From positions 50,034,001 to 50,098,000 of the forward strand of contig NC_042999.1 of assembly GCF_006345805.1 (NCBI RefSeq): a stretch of 64,000 nucleotides of DNA, read 5' to 3'. The position numbers were made by a program, and so were the translations under genes. This DNA is from Octopus sinensis. Taxonomy: Eukaryota. Positions within the stretch are counted from its first letter, which is position 1, and each line of letters opens with the position of its first letter. Of the stretch, positions 51,788 through 64,000 are shown one piece after another. The notes beneath the pieces are model-generated. The model was not told the origin of the DNA and searched no databases. It saw only the letters and a program-made list of their open reading frames with translations.

Positions 51788-54766
51788 ATATATATATATA
51801 TAATATATATATATATATGTATGTATGTATACATATATATATGTATGTATACATATATATATATATATATGTATACATATATATATATATATGAATACAT
51901 ATATATATATGTATACATATATATACATATATATATGTATACATATATATATATACATATATATAAATATATACACACATATATATATATGTATGTATGT
52001 ATGCATATATATAATCTGTTATGTGCATAGATACATAAAGAATAACAACAAATACTTGAAAGATTGTAGTGTAAGAGATTTGCTCATAAACATTGGTGTG
52101 TCTATTTTAACTGTCTTGATACCAAATCACAAGAGACCACCTTTGAATCTTTCATACAAAAACTTTTTATTAATGTTTATATCATTCTACTAAAAATTAT
52201 TCATTGTGGTGCCCTGACATGGCCACAGTCCAGTGACTGAAACAAGGATAAAAGATCTAAAATAAAACCTTCCTTTATATAAGAGACTTTGGTTAAGTTA
52301 GTTAGTTATTTAGTTAGTTTGCTAAATTCTATCTAATTCTCAATTATTTCTGAAATTAGTTGAAAGTCAATATGCTTCATTAAGAATGTGATCATGGAAC
52401 AGTTAAATTAATGTTGACAGTTTGTGCTGAATCTTTGTATACCAAACAATAAGATTAGTAACATTGAAACAAGATGTACAAAAAAAATGGATTGACAATG
52501 AGTTACAGCAACACAGCATCCATGACTTTTGGAATCATTTTTTTCATGCTCAGAATTGCTGAACCATGGAATAAACTACCTGCATCAGTTGTTAGCTGTC
52601 GAGACAATACATCCTTCAAAACTTCCATGCTTCCTGAAATTCACCAACAGAACACCTAATGCTCCCACCCTCACCTGGTTTCTTCTTGTTCTTTTTTTTT
52701 AAATGATTTTTTCATTGTTCTCTTCCTGTGCATATTCTATGCACTGTTCATGCAGTTTTGGTTAGTTTTTCTAATGAGTTGTAGAGCACCTGAGCACTGT
52801 ATACAATAAGTTCATTATTTAATGAGGAGGCTCTATGAAGTTGCTCAATCTGCTAGAAAATGCAGTTAAATCTCCCACAAACCACACCCAGCATCTTAAA
52901 GTAAGAAATACATTGTGCATCAGAAATACAATGGAACCATATGCGTTCACTGCCTGAGGACATTAAATGCATCATCTTAGGCATACAAAAAGATGAGATG
53001 GTCATGATCTGAAAGCTTTTTAATAACAGTTCTAATAAATCAGATCTGACTTGGGCTAAACATCAAAAACAGCCACAAATATATCTAATTTTAACAATTT
53101 TAACTAATTTTAACATGCATAGGATTAGCTGTGTGGTAAGTAGCTTGCTTACCACATGGTTCTGGGTTCAGTCCCACTGCATGGCAAATTGGGCAAGTGT
53201 CCTCGGGCCAACCAAAGCCTTGTAAGTGGATTTAGTAGACGGAAACTGAAAGAAGCCTGTCGTATATATGTATATATATATATATTATATATATATATAT
53301 ATAATATATATATATATATGTATGTATGTATACATATATATATGTATGTATACATATATATATATATATATGTATACATATATATATATATATGAATACA
53401 TATATATATATGTATACATATATATACATATATATATGTATACATATATATATATACATATATATAAATATATACACACATATATATATATGTATGTATG
53501 TATGCATATATATAATCTGTTATGTGCATAGATACATAAAGAATAACAACAAATACTTGAAAGATTGTAGTGTAAGAGATTTGCTCATAAACATTGGTGT
53601 GTCTATTTTAACTGTCTTGATACCAAATCACAAGAGACCACCTTTGAATCTTTCATACAAAAACTTTTTATTAATGTTTATATCATTCTACTAAAAATTA
53701 TTCATTGTGGTGCCCTGACATGGCCACAGTCCAGTGACTGAAACAAGGATAAAAGATCTAAAATAAAACCTTCCTTTATATAAGAGACTTTGGTTAAGTT
53801 AGTTAGTTATTTAGTTAGTTTGCTAAATTCTATCTAATTCTCAATTATTTCTGAAATTAGTTGAAAGTCAATATGCTTCATTAAGAATGTGATCATGGAA
53901 CAGTTAAATTAATGTTGACAGTTTGTGCTGAATCTTTGTATACCAAACAATAAGATTAGTAACATTGAAACAAGATGTACAAAAAAAATGGATTGACAAT
54001 GAGTTACAGCAACACAGCATCCATGACTTTTGGAATCATTTTTTTCATGCTCAGAATTGCTGAACCATGGAATAAACTACCTGCATCAGTTGTTAGCTGT
54101 CGAGACAATACATCCTTCAAAACTTCCATGCTTCCTGAAATTCACCAACAGAACACCTAATGCTCCCACCCTCACCTGGTTTCTTCTTGTTCTTTTTTTT
54201 TAAATGATTTTTTCATTGTTCTCTTCCTGTGCATATTCTATGCACTGTTCATGCAGTTTTGGTTAGTTTTTCTAATGAGTTGTAGAGCACCTGAGCACTG
54301 TATACAATAAGTTCATTATTTAATGAGGAGGCTCTATGAAGTTGCTCAATCTGCTAGAAAATGCAGTTAAATCTCCCACAAACCACACCCAGCATCTTAA
54401 AGTAAGAAATACATTGTGCATCAGAAATACAATGGAACCATATGCATTCACTGCCTGAGGACATTAAATGCATCATCTTAGGCATACAAAAAGATGAGAT
54501 GGTCATGATCTGAAAGCTTTTTAATAACAGTTCTAATAAATCAGATCTGACTTTGGGCTAAACATCAAAAACAGCCACAAATATATCTAATTTTAACAAT
54601 TTTAACTAATTTTAACATGCATAGGATTAGCTGTGTGGTAAGTAGCTTGCTTACCACATGGTTCTGGGTTCAGTCCCACTGCATGGCAAATTGGGCAAGT
54701 GTCCTCGGGCCAACCAAAGCCTTGTAAGTGGATTTAGTAGACGGAAACTGAAAGAAGCCTGTCGTA

Positions 54767-54790
<24 letters not shown>
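51788..54790. repeat. Direct tandem duplication of a ~1501-bp unit
   Basis: Identical ORFs are offset by 1501 nt (51825/53326, 52474/53975). I saw only one substitution (atgcgttcac vs atgcattcac) and one 1-nt indel outside the microsatellite. Both junctions lie in (TA)n. Confidence 0.93.
52540..52812 (+). mobile_element. CR1/L2-group LINE 3' end (second copy at ~54041-54313)
   Basis: FFMLRIAEPWNKLPASVVSCRDNTSFKTSMLPEIHQQNT* matches the CR1-group C-terminal motif R....WN.LP..VV......FK, followed by a 3' UTR. Confidence 0.68.
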
Positions 54791-54809
<19 letters not shown>

Positions 54810-55547
54810 CAAAGTGGAGTTGTAAGGTACTGCACGAGTGGAATTATATATGAAAGAAGGTTTGAAATTGCAATTTTCAAAGATGCTTATTTACTTTATT
54901 TTAAACATCTTTTAAAATTGCATTTTTAAACCTTCTTTCATATATATATGTGTGTGTGTATATGTTTGTGTGTCTGTGTTTGTCCCCCCAAAATCGCTTG
55001 ATAACCGATGCTGGTGTGTTACATCTCCGTAACTTAGCAGTTCGGCAAAAGAGACAGATATAATTAGTACTAGGCTTACAAAGAATAAGTCCTGGGATTG
55101 ATTTGCTCAACTAAGGGTGGTGCTCCAGCATGGCCACAGTCAAATGACTGAAACATGTAAAAGAGTAAAAGAGTAAACAATCACCACAGGTAAACCTTAG
55201 AGAATACATAGCACACTGTATTTTATTCAAGGAATCAAATGCAATATTTTCCAAAGATAGTGCCATAAATGTATTATATGCAGGTACAAGTGTAGCTGTA
55301 TCGTTAAGAAGCTTCCTTCACAACCACATGTTTCCAGAGTCAGTCCCACTGCATGGTACATTGGGAAAGTGTCTTCTAGTATAGCTCTATGCCAACCAAA
55401 GCCTTGTTGTGTGGATTTGGTGGACGAGAACTGAAAGAAGCTCATCATATAGGTGTGTGTGTGTGTGTGTGTGTGTACCCTTGTTTTGACATCTTGTAAT
55501 GGTTGTAAACAAGCCTCACTACTTGTATATTTGTAGTACTTTTGGAG

Positions 55548-55954
55548 TTACTCTTTTACTTGTTTACTTGTTTCAGTCATGTGACTGTGGCCATGCTGGA
55601 GCACCGCCTTTAGTTAAATCAAATCGACCCCCGGACTTATTCTTTGTAAGCCTAGTACTTATTCTATCGGTCTCTTTTGCCGAACTGCTAAGTTACAGGG
55701 ACGTAAACACACCAGCATCGGTTGTCAAGCGATGTTGAGGGGACAAACACAGACACACAAACACACACACACACACACACATATATATATGCATATATAT
55801 GACTGGTTTCTTTCAGTTTCCGTCTACCAAATCCACTCACAAGGCTTTGGTTGGCCCGAGGCTATAGTAGAAGACACTTGCCCAAGGCGCCATGCAGTGG
55901 GACTAAACCTGAAACCATGTGGTTCATAAGCAAGCTTCTTACCACACAGCCACT
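55548..55954 (-). mobile_element. SINE family A copy
   Basis: Reverse-complement full-length copy. Confidence 0.87.
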
Positions 55955-57643
55955 TCTATGAAAAACGTCTGAAATATACTTATCGTGAAAGGTTGATGAC
56001 AGGATGAGCATCCAGCTATAGAAAATCATCCCTTGGTGAATTCAATTTGACCCATGCAGGCATACAAAAGTGGATGTTAAGGCAATGATGATGATGATGA
56101 TGATGACAATGATGGCACATAATAAATTACACATATATGACACCCTTGTTTCTTAAAATGCATCTCAGTAGCAACCAGAATACAGAAGTTGCAGTTTATA
56201 TCAAAGCTTTCAATAGAAATATTGCAAATTTAAGTATAAAAGAAATGATACTTATAGAAACATCCACAACTTCAAATTAGTTACTGTTAAGAATCAGCTT
56301 GAAGGTAGGAAGTTTATTATAGGATTTTAATACTATAGCCAACCTGTTCTTGCAATGTTATGGCTTTCTGCACATGTCGTAGCAAATTTAGCATTGCTTG
56401 GTTTACTTTGCATCTCAAACTTTTCTGCAGTTTGTAAAGCTGAAATATTAAATACATACGTTTTTCTCTTCTCTGAATTATTAAGAGGCTTTCATTTCCT
56501 TCTTATTTATTAATATTACAAGCTACTTAAATCACCCTTAATTTTAGAAATAATTTATATAGCATACAAGTGAGAAGTAAAGTAATCAAACCAGTATATA
56601 GCTATCGCTAACTACCATACATTCTTCCATGGTTATTGGCAATGAATACAGCAAAAATAGCTTAGCCTTGATGTAACATAACAGCATGTGAAGTAGTCTA
56701 GAAGAGCAACAGACAAAATGCCTTGCTGTATTCATTCTGGAATTTTTGTTCTGAGTTCAATATTTGACAAAATCAACTTTGCATTTCATCCTTCAAGGGT
56801 CAATAAAATAAAGTGTGACAGGTTGACAGAAATGTTAGAGCAATATTTGTTCTGGCTCTTCCAGCCTTCATGTAAAATCTACCAAAGTCAACTATGCATT
56901 CTATCCTTCCAAGATTGTAAAAGTATCAGTCAAAGACATAAGATATGTGAAATAACTAGAGAACTGGACAAAATATCTTGTAGTTTTTGCTTCAGTTATT
57001 TACCAGTGACAACACAAGTATCAAGTTTTATTGGACCCTTACCTGCCCCCTGGACAACATCGTTTAACATCCGTGCTCCATGCTGGCATGGGTAGGATAA
57101 TTTAATAAGAGCCAACGTGTCCAAGGAATGCATCAAACTTCAATGTCTGCCCTGGCATGGTTTTTAAAGGATGGATGCCCTTCCTTAATGCCAACCATTT
57201 TACTGCATTATCTGCATGCTTCTTTTTTTGTGCCCCCTGCACGATTGAGGTTACTAGATAGTTTCAGGACTATGAGCCCTGGGATAAGTAGGTGAATTCA
57301 GCTCCATGGTAGGGGATAAGGAGATTACTGAGAGAAAAAGCAGAGCAGATTCCTGCAGAGGAATCTGCATTATTACTCACATCTAGTATGGAAAAAAGTT
57401 GGGGGATGACACAATGATTAGCACACATCATAGCTTAGCACTTCTAATCCCTATTTTATTACAGCTAAGCCCACGGTTAGTGCAATCAGTCATAGTACAG
57501 TGACTGAAATATTATGAGAGAGACCTGGTCTCACATTGCTGTTTGCAGTGCTTCCCCTTCAAGTGTTTAATGCTGAAATTACTACTCCAAAATGCATGCA
57601 TCCATCAATCTGAGCAGAGGGCACTTTGAACTAACTTGCTGTC

Positions 57644-58063
57644 ACTCTTTTACTCTTTTACTCTTTTACTTGTTTCAGTCATTTGACTGCGGCCCTGCTG
57701 GAGCACTGCCTTTAATCAAGCAACTCGACCCCGGGACTTATTCTTTGTAAGCCCAGTACTTATTCTATCGGTCTCTTTTGCCGAACTGCTAAGTGACGGG
57801 GACGCAAACACACCAGCATCGGTAGTCAAGCAATGCTAGGGGGACAAACACAGACACACAAACATACACACACATACATATATATATATATACATATATA
57901 CGACAGGCTTCTTTCAGTTTCCGTCTACCAAATCTACTCACAAGGCATTGGTCAGCCCGGGGCTATAGCAGAAGACACTTGCCCAAGATGCCACGCAGTG
58001 GGACTGAACCCGGAACCATGTGGTTGGTTAGCAAGCTACTTACCACACAGCCACTCCTGCGCC
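57644..58063 (-). mobile_element. SINE family A copy (young subfamily)
   Basis: Very similar to 16649-17052, including gcattggtc and gggctatagcagaagacacttgcccaagatgccacgc. Confidence 0.9.
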
Positions 58064-59023
58064 TATACAAAAGAGACTGATAGAATAAGTAACTGACTCC
58101 TGTCAGTTTACATCTATTTGACAAAAAAGTTCAGATTGATAAAATTCGTGTTAGAAAGTGGAGATATAATGTTGTTGAGTTACGATCATCAAATGAAGAC
58201 AAAATATGTTATGATTTCATAAATTCTAATTTTATTGGTCGTTATTTATTGTTTATTAAAACTATTTCATTTATCAAAGGTATTTATTTTTATTATTTCA
58301 TCCTATAATAGATGAGCTAAAACATAATAAGAATTAAAATAGAAAGAAGAATATAATTCAGTTTCAAGATAATTGAGACTTGTAAAAAGTATTAGAGTAT
58401 AATAATTTAAATTTGATAAATTTCTGTCATTTGATTAACGTTGTATCTTTTTTCATTATTTTTAATTATCATTTGTTAGATGTATTCACAATTTCAAGCG
58501 GGTTGAGCATACGTTTTGTCCAAATTTTCTAATAATAGTTTACACCTGTTTATCTTTTATCCTTTATTTTTTTACTTACTTCAGTCATTTGGCCGTGGCC
58601 ATGCTGGGGCACCACATTGAAGTGTTTTAGTCAAACAAATCGATCATGGGACTTATTATTATTTGAAGCCTAGCACTTATTCTATCAGTCTCTTTTGCTG
58701 AACTGCTATGTTACAAGGACATGAACACATCACCACTCATTGTCAAGTGGTAGTGGGGGACAAACAAAGACACAGACACACAGCTGATTTTTATATATAT
58801 ATATATATATATAAACCTTGTGAGTGGATTTGGTATATAGAAACCGAAAGAAGTCCATCGTATATATGTATATATATGTGTGTGTGTTTTTGTGTGCGTG
58901 TGTGTGAGTTTGTCCCACCAACATTGCTTGACAACTGATGTTGGTGTGTTTACGTTCCCGTAACTTAGTGGTTCGGCAAAGGAGACAGATAGAATAAGTA
59001 CTAGGCTTATATATATATATATA

Positions 59024-59350
59024 AGTATGGCTTGGTGGTTAGAGCAATGGACTCACAATCATGAGGTAGTGAGTTCAATTCCTGAACTGGGCTGTGTGTT
59101 GTATTCTTGAGCAACACACTTTATTTCATGTTGCTCTAGTTAACTCAGCTGTAGAAATGAGTTGCGACGTGACTGGTGCCAAGCTGTATCAGCCTTTGCC
59201 TTTCCCTTGGATAACCTCAGTGATGTGGAGAGGAGAGGCTGATACGCATGGAAGACTGCTGGTCTTCCATAAACAACTTTGCCTGGACTTGCACCTCAGA
59301 AGGGAACTTCCTCAGTGCAATCCCATGGTCATTCACGACCATAGAAGTCC
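59024..59350 (+). mobile_element. SINE family D copy
   Basis: Collinear with 15722-16060. Confidence 0.83.
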
Positions 59351-60374
59351 TTGCTTTACACATGCACACATACACACACACGCACACACACATATATGTA
59401 TGTGGGTATTCATTTAGGAAATGTTTATAGACATATGGACTGCTAGAAGTAGTAGGAAACAGTCCAACTACAGTGACATAATCAGTCTTGAGAAATGGAA
59501 TTTTAGATAAATGAGACATGATTGCCACACCACATCAACTGGTGATGCAGTTAACAATCTCACTTACAGTATATTTTACTTTCTTGTGATTTGATATCCA
59601 GATTCTTTATGAATTGATTAATATATTCACCAAATAAACTACAAAATGAAATGCTTCTCCGAAAATTATAGATTAATTCAGTTACTTAGCTACCTTAATG
59701 TTAGGTGAGAATCAGGCCAATAGAACAGTCTCATAGTATAAAGTAGACGGAATATATTGAAAGAAATTAGTTTCGGTTTCAGAATGAAAGTCAGTTGCAT
59801 GATCAATGAGTCATGTGTGATGGTATATAATAATGAAATACAGGTCATGAAAGAATGATACAATATGAACCCCTGAGAGTAGCTAAATGTAAATGAATTA
59901 TGGAAACTTACTTGCATATGAAGATTTACGAGCTAACATGTGGTGTGTTGAGAGTAAAGTAATATGCTGATACAAAAATGTGATATCCATGTTGCATGAA
60001 TTTTTGAAGTGAGGGCTGATATATATATATATAATGTAATGAGCCAAGAAATTTTAATCAACTAAAATTATACTGATAATGATGAAAAATCTGAAAAAAA
60101 TGCATTGATCATAATGATTTGTTTTAACATAGAAAGGTAGGGAAACAACTCCTGAACATAAATAAAAATTAATTAGAAATAGAACATACTAAGCAGTGAA
60201 TGTGATATTTTAATAGCACAATGACCACTCTGGACATGTTTTAGTGTTATTAGACCTCATCAACACCACTACCATCACCACTACAACCACAATCATTATC
60301 ATTATCAACCTCATCATTGCCATCATTGTTTTAATATCTACTTTTCCACACTTACATGAGTCAAACAGGATTTG

Positions 60375-60527
60375 CTGATGAACCACATGGCTCCGGGTTC
60401 AGTCCCACTGCATGGCACCTTGGGCAAGTGTTTTCTACTATAGTCTTGGGCTGACCAAAGCATTGTGAGTGGATTTGGTAAAAGGAAACTGAAAGAAGCC
60501 CATCGTATATATGTATATATATATATA

Positions 60528-60589
<62 letters not shown>

Positions 60590-60789
60590 TGTTTGTCCCA
60601 CCAACATTGCTTGACAACCGATGCTGGTGTGTTTACGATCCCGTAACTTAGTGGTTCGGCAAAAGAGACAGATAGAGTAAGTACTAGGCTTACAAAGAAT
60701 AAGTCCTGGGGTCAATTTGCTCAACTAAAGGCAGTGCTCCAGCATGGCCGCAGTCAAATGACTGAAACAAGTAAAAGAGTAAAAGAGTA
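60375..60789 (+). mobile_element. SINE family A copy
   Basis: 5'-clipped head, long (TG)n and gtaaaaga tail. Confidence 0.87.
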
Positions 60790-62166
60790 CAATTGCAAAG
60801 TGTCATGAGATATATTGGAGGCCAGAGATAGTTACATGGGAAATGTTTATACATATGTGGCCTGCTAGAAGTAACGAGAAACTGTCCAGCTATTGATGTC
60901 GTATATATGTATATATATATATGTATGAGTGAGCATATGTTTGTGTGTCTGTGTTTGTCCCCACCAACATTGTTTGACAACCGATGCTAGTGTGTTTACG
61001 TCCCCGTAACTTAGCAGTTCGGCAAAAAAAGACCAATAGAATAAAGTACTAGGCTTACATAAGAATAAGTCCTGGGGTCGATTTGCTCGACTAAAAAGCG
61101 GTGCTCCAACACGGCCACAGTCAAATGACTGAAACAAGTAAAAGAGTAAAAGAGTAGATTTTTATAGCCTGGTGACCTTCCTGACACCAACTCTCACCTG
61201 CTTTTAAGCAAGCTGAAATTTTCCCCAAAGCTAGATTTGCTTTCAAAAGATATTGCAAACAAACAGCACCATTTGTATGACGATAATGTTTTGTTTACAA
61301 TTACCATGTGATGTCAAAACAAGGAAACACATACACACATATACATACATTTAGGGTAATGTTTTATAAACAAAGTACAAATACGGTAGGATTTCATGTA
61401 TGTAATACCGTGACTTGAAAAGCTTCAATTAACTGAATTATCCAAGTAATTAGAAGGGAAAATCAGGGCTGATGTGATGCAAAGCAATACCATATTCTAG
61501 TCAAAAGGCTCCTAATGTGGATCATGATGCTGTTACTGATGATGATGATAATGATTATCATCAGCTCCAAAATCCCCACCACTACTCCCACCATCATCAA
61601 TAACAGAAACAAACTACTTTATTTTCATAGTTGTTGCTAACCCAGAGTGCTTTGGATGCAGTTTTCATATCGAAAAAGCATAAAACATCATATTCATTAC
61701 TGATAGCAATAACGAAGATGTCATTAGGATACTATTGTATTAATGTTATTGTTCAACTGAAGCAAATGAGGGCAATGGCGGCGTCAGTGATGACAATGAC
61801 AATAACGATGGTAGTAACTTCAATTAAATTTTTGCTTGAACAATTCTTTCTCCATTGATTTTCAGAGGTTTTATGAATCTGATGATCCTATGTTTGAAAG
61901 TGTTTGAACTTTTCACCCATGGGTAAGGACATTTTCATATCTGATCTAAAGGAAATAAGCTGGAGAGTGTCCATCTCTGTGTTATACTTTGCAGGAGTCA
62001 GCAAAGTTTTTGTTGCTGTTTAACCTCGGGTCTCTTTTCCTGATTAGGAATACATATAATCAAATGCCTTTCCACCATGACCCTCTTGTCTTTTTAGTTA
62101 TAATCTAAGATTGCATTAGCTAATGTCTCCTTTACGTGTAGTAGTAGTAGTAGTAGCAAATACTGA

Positions 62167-62281
62167 AACCCTGGACAGGGGCTCACTGGGCTCATCTGTC
62201 GATGAAGAGCGCGGCTATCCACGTGAACTGATGCGAATTGCAGGACTTAGTGAACATCGACACCTCGAACGCACATTGTGC
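62167..62281 (+). rRNA. Isolated, 3'-truncated 5.8S rRNA copy (probable pseudogene/orphon)
   Basis: aaccctggacaggggctcactgggctcatctGTCGATGAAGAgcgcggct...GAATTGCAGGAC...tgaacATCGAcacctcGAACGCAcattg is collinear with the first ~115 nt of eukaryotic 5.8S, including its universal motifs. No 18S/ITS/28S-like flanks are visible. Confidence 0.88.
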
Positions 62282-62934
62282 TGTTAAAATATCACATTCA
62301 CTGCTTAGTATGTTCTATTTCTAATTAATTTTTATTTATGTTCAGGAGTTGTTTCCCTACCTTTTATCTTGATTTCATGAAAATTTGTTCAACAACAACC
62401 CTTGAAAAACTTTTACAAATTTCACAGCTAAATAACATGTTTTAGAACTATTCCAGTCTTGCTGATGATGGGTTTCTGGTCTTTAGAATGATGAGAAGTG
62501 AAAACTGGTTCCAGGATAACCATCACAAGGAAAATTACCCCAACATCAATTGCATTTCAATCAACCATTTCCATAAGACAATTGGTCCTGGATTGATACA
62601 TTGCCTAAAGACCATTTTGATAATTAACACTTTCATTATGGTAATTTAGTTAATATACACTGATTTTGTCTTAATTAATTTTGAAAATGTTGAATAATTA
62701 ATAAGATAACTTTATTTTTATTTGGTTAGTGATTAGAACATAAATTGATTTCACATTTTGACACAAGGCCAGCAATTTCATGGCAGAGAGTAAGTCAATT
62801 ACATTGACTCCAGTACTCAATTGGTATTTATCATATTCACCTCAAAAGGATGAAAAGTATAGTCCACTTTGGCAGAATTTGAACTCAGAATATGAAGCTG
62901 CAAGAAATGTTTAGCAGCATTTTGTTCCCAATGA

Positions 62935-63105
62935 AGGAGTAGCTGTGTGGTAAGTAGCTTGCTTACCAACCACATGGCTCCGGGTTCAGTTCCACTGCGT
63001 GGCACCTTGAGCAAGTGTCTTCTACTATAGGCTCAGGTCGACCAAAGCCTTGTGAGTAAATTTGGTAGACAGAAACCGAAAGAAGTCCGTCGTATATATG
63101 TATAT

Positions 63106-63160
<55 letters not shown>

Positions 63161-63376
63161 ATGTATGTGTGTGTGTTTGTGTTTGTCCTCCCCAACATCG
63201 CTGGATAACTGATGCTGGTGTGTTTACGTCCCCGTAACTTAGCAGTTCAGCAAAAGAGACCAATAGAATAAGTATTAGACTTACGAAGAATAAGTCCTGG
63301 GGTCGATTTGCTTGACAGAAGGCGATGCTCCAGCATGGCCACAGTCAATTGACTGAAACAAGTAAAAGAGTAAAGA
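62935..63376 (+). mobile_element. SINE family A copy
   Basis: Full head to tail. Confidence 0.88.
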
Positions 63377-64000
63377 GAAAGAATGTGCGAATGATTCAGC
63401 CGGCTCACCACTTTGATTATAACATATATTAACATGAAATTTTGATAGGAGGTTTTAACATAGTTCCCTTTAAAACAAAATGTTTGTATCATAAAACCAC
63501 CAAGGGCAGTCTCAGGTAAGTTGATATCAAAAGGACTTAGAGAAAATTAAGATAAAGCACAATCATGGGTATGTAAATAAATACTAATAAAACTAATTAG
63601 GGTCTTAATTTTCATGGTTTATCGGTTATCCAAGGAGAATAATAATTCAGTTATATGATTTATATTCTTATGTCATTATAATTATACCACAAACATTGCA
63701 AACTGTGGTCTATGCACAAATACAGTAAATTGATAATTACAAAAATTAATTACTGCTTAATTAATAATTATCAGAGGGAATTTATCTGAGAGCAGTTGTC
63801 TTGATGTTATGAAAACCACATTGCTATGAACATTTAATTTCAGAATTTATCAGTCATTATCTGTTTCACAATCATAAGGTCTCCAGTTCAGTTCCACTGT
63901 AAAGCACCTTGGGCAAACATCTTCAATTATAACCCCAGATCAATCAAAGCCTTGTGGGTGGATTACATTCATAGAAACTCAAGGAAACCTGTCATGTTTA

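Noticed and set aside
61866-61921. Plus-strand AG...GTAAGG bounded 56-nt open segment
   Set aside because: No homology and no partner exons. Such matches are expected by chance.

Overview
AT-rich, microsatellite- and retroposon-saturated animal DNA. The tRNA-derived SINE families and (GAT)n-tailed RTE LINEs look like those of octopus/coleoid cephalopods (recognition from memory, not a database hit). Only one host coding exon is supportable: a 161-bp minus-strand exon (18464-18624) encoding the end of a WW domain and the first half of the PDZ domain of a FRMPD4/Preso1-like scaffold, so the window is probably mostly giant-intron DNA. The rest is mobile DNA: a young 5'-truncated RTE LINE with a PHD-type zinc finger inside its reverse transcriptase and a strictly alternating 62-bp array in its 3' UTR; a decayed R4/Dong-like LINE; three Tc1/mariner-superfamily deletion derivatives; hAT-, piggyBac-, Helitron- and Helentron-type non-autonomous elements; and dozens of SINEs. 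The most unusual items are a 540-bp near-perfect palindrome carrying half a minimal hammerhead motif, a CpG-decayed hammerhead-like relic with a G3:C8 core swap, an orphan 5.8S rRNA copy, a 4 x 107-bp array of SINE Pol III heads, several local foldbacks and a near-identical 1.5-kb tandem duplication. Nearly all ORFs in the supplied track are microsatellite or SINE artefacts. Coordinates were read by eye and repeat boundaries are approximate to a few bases.
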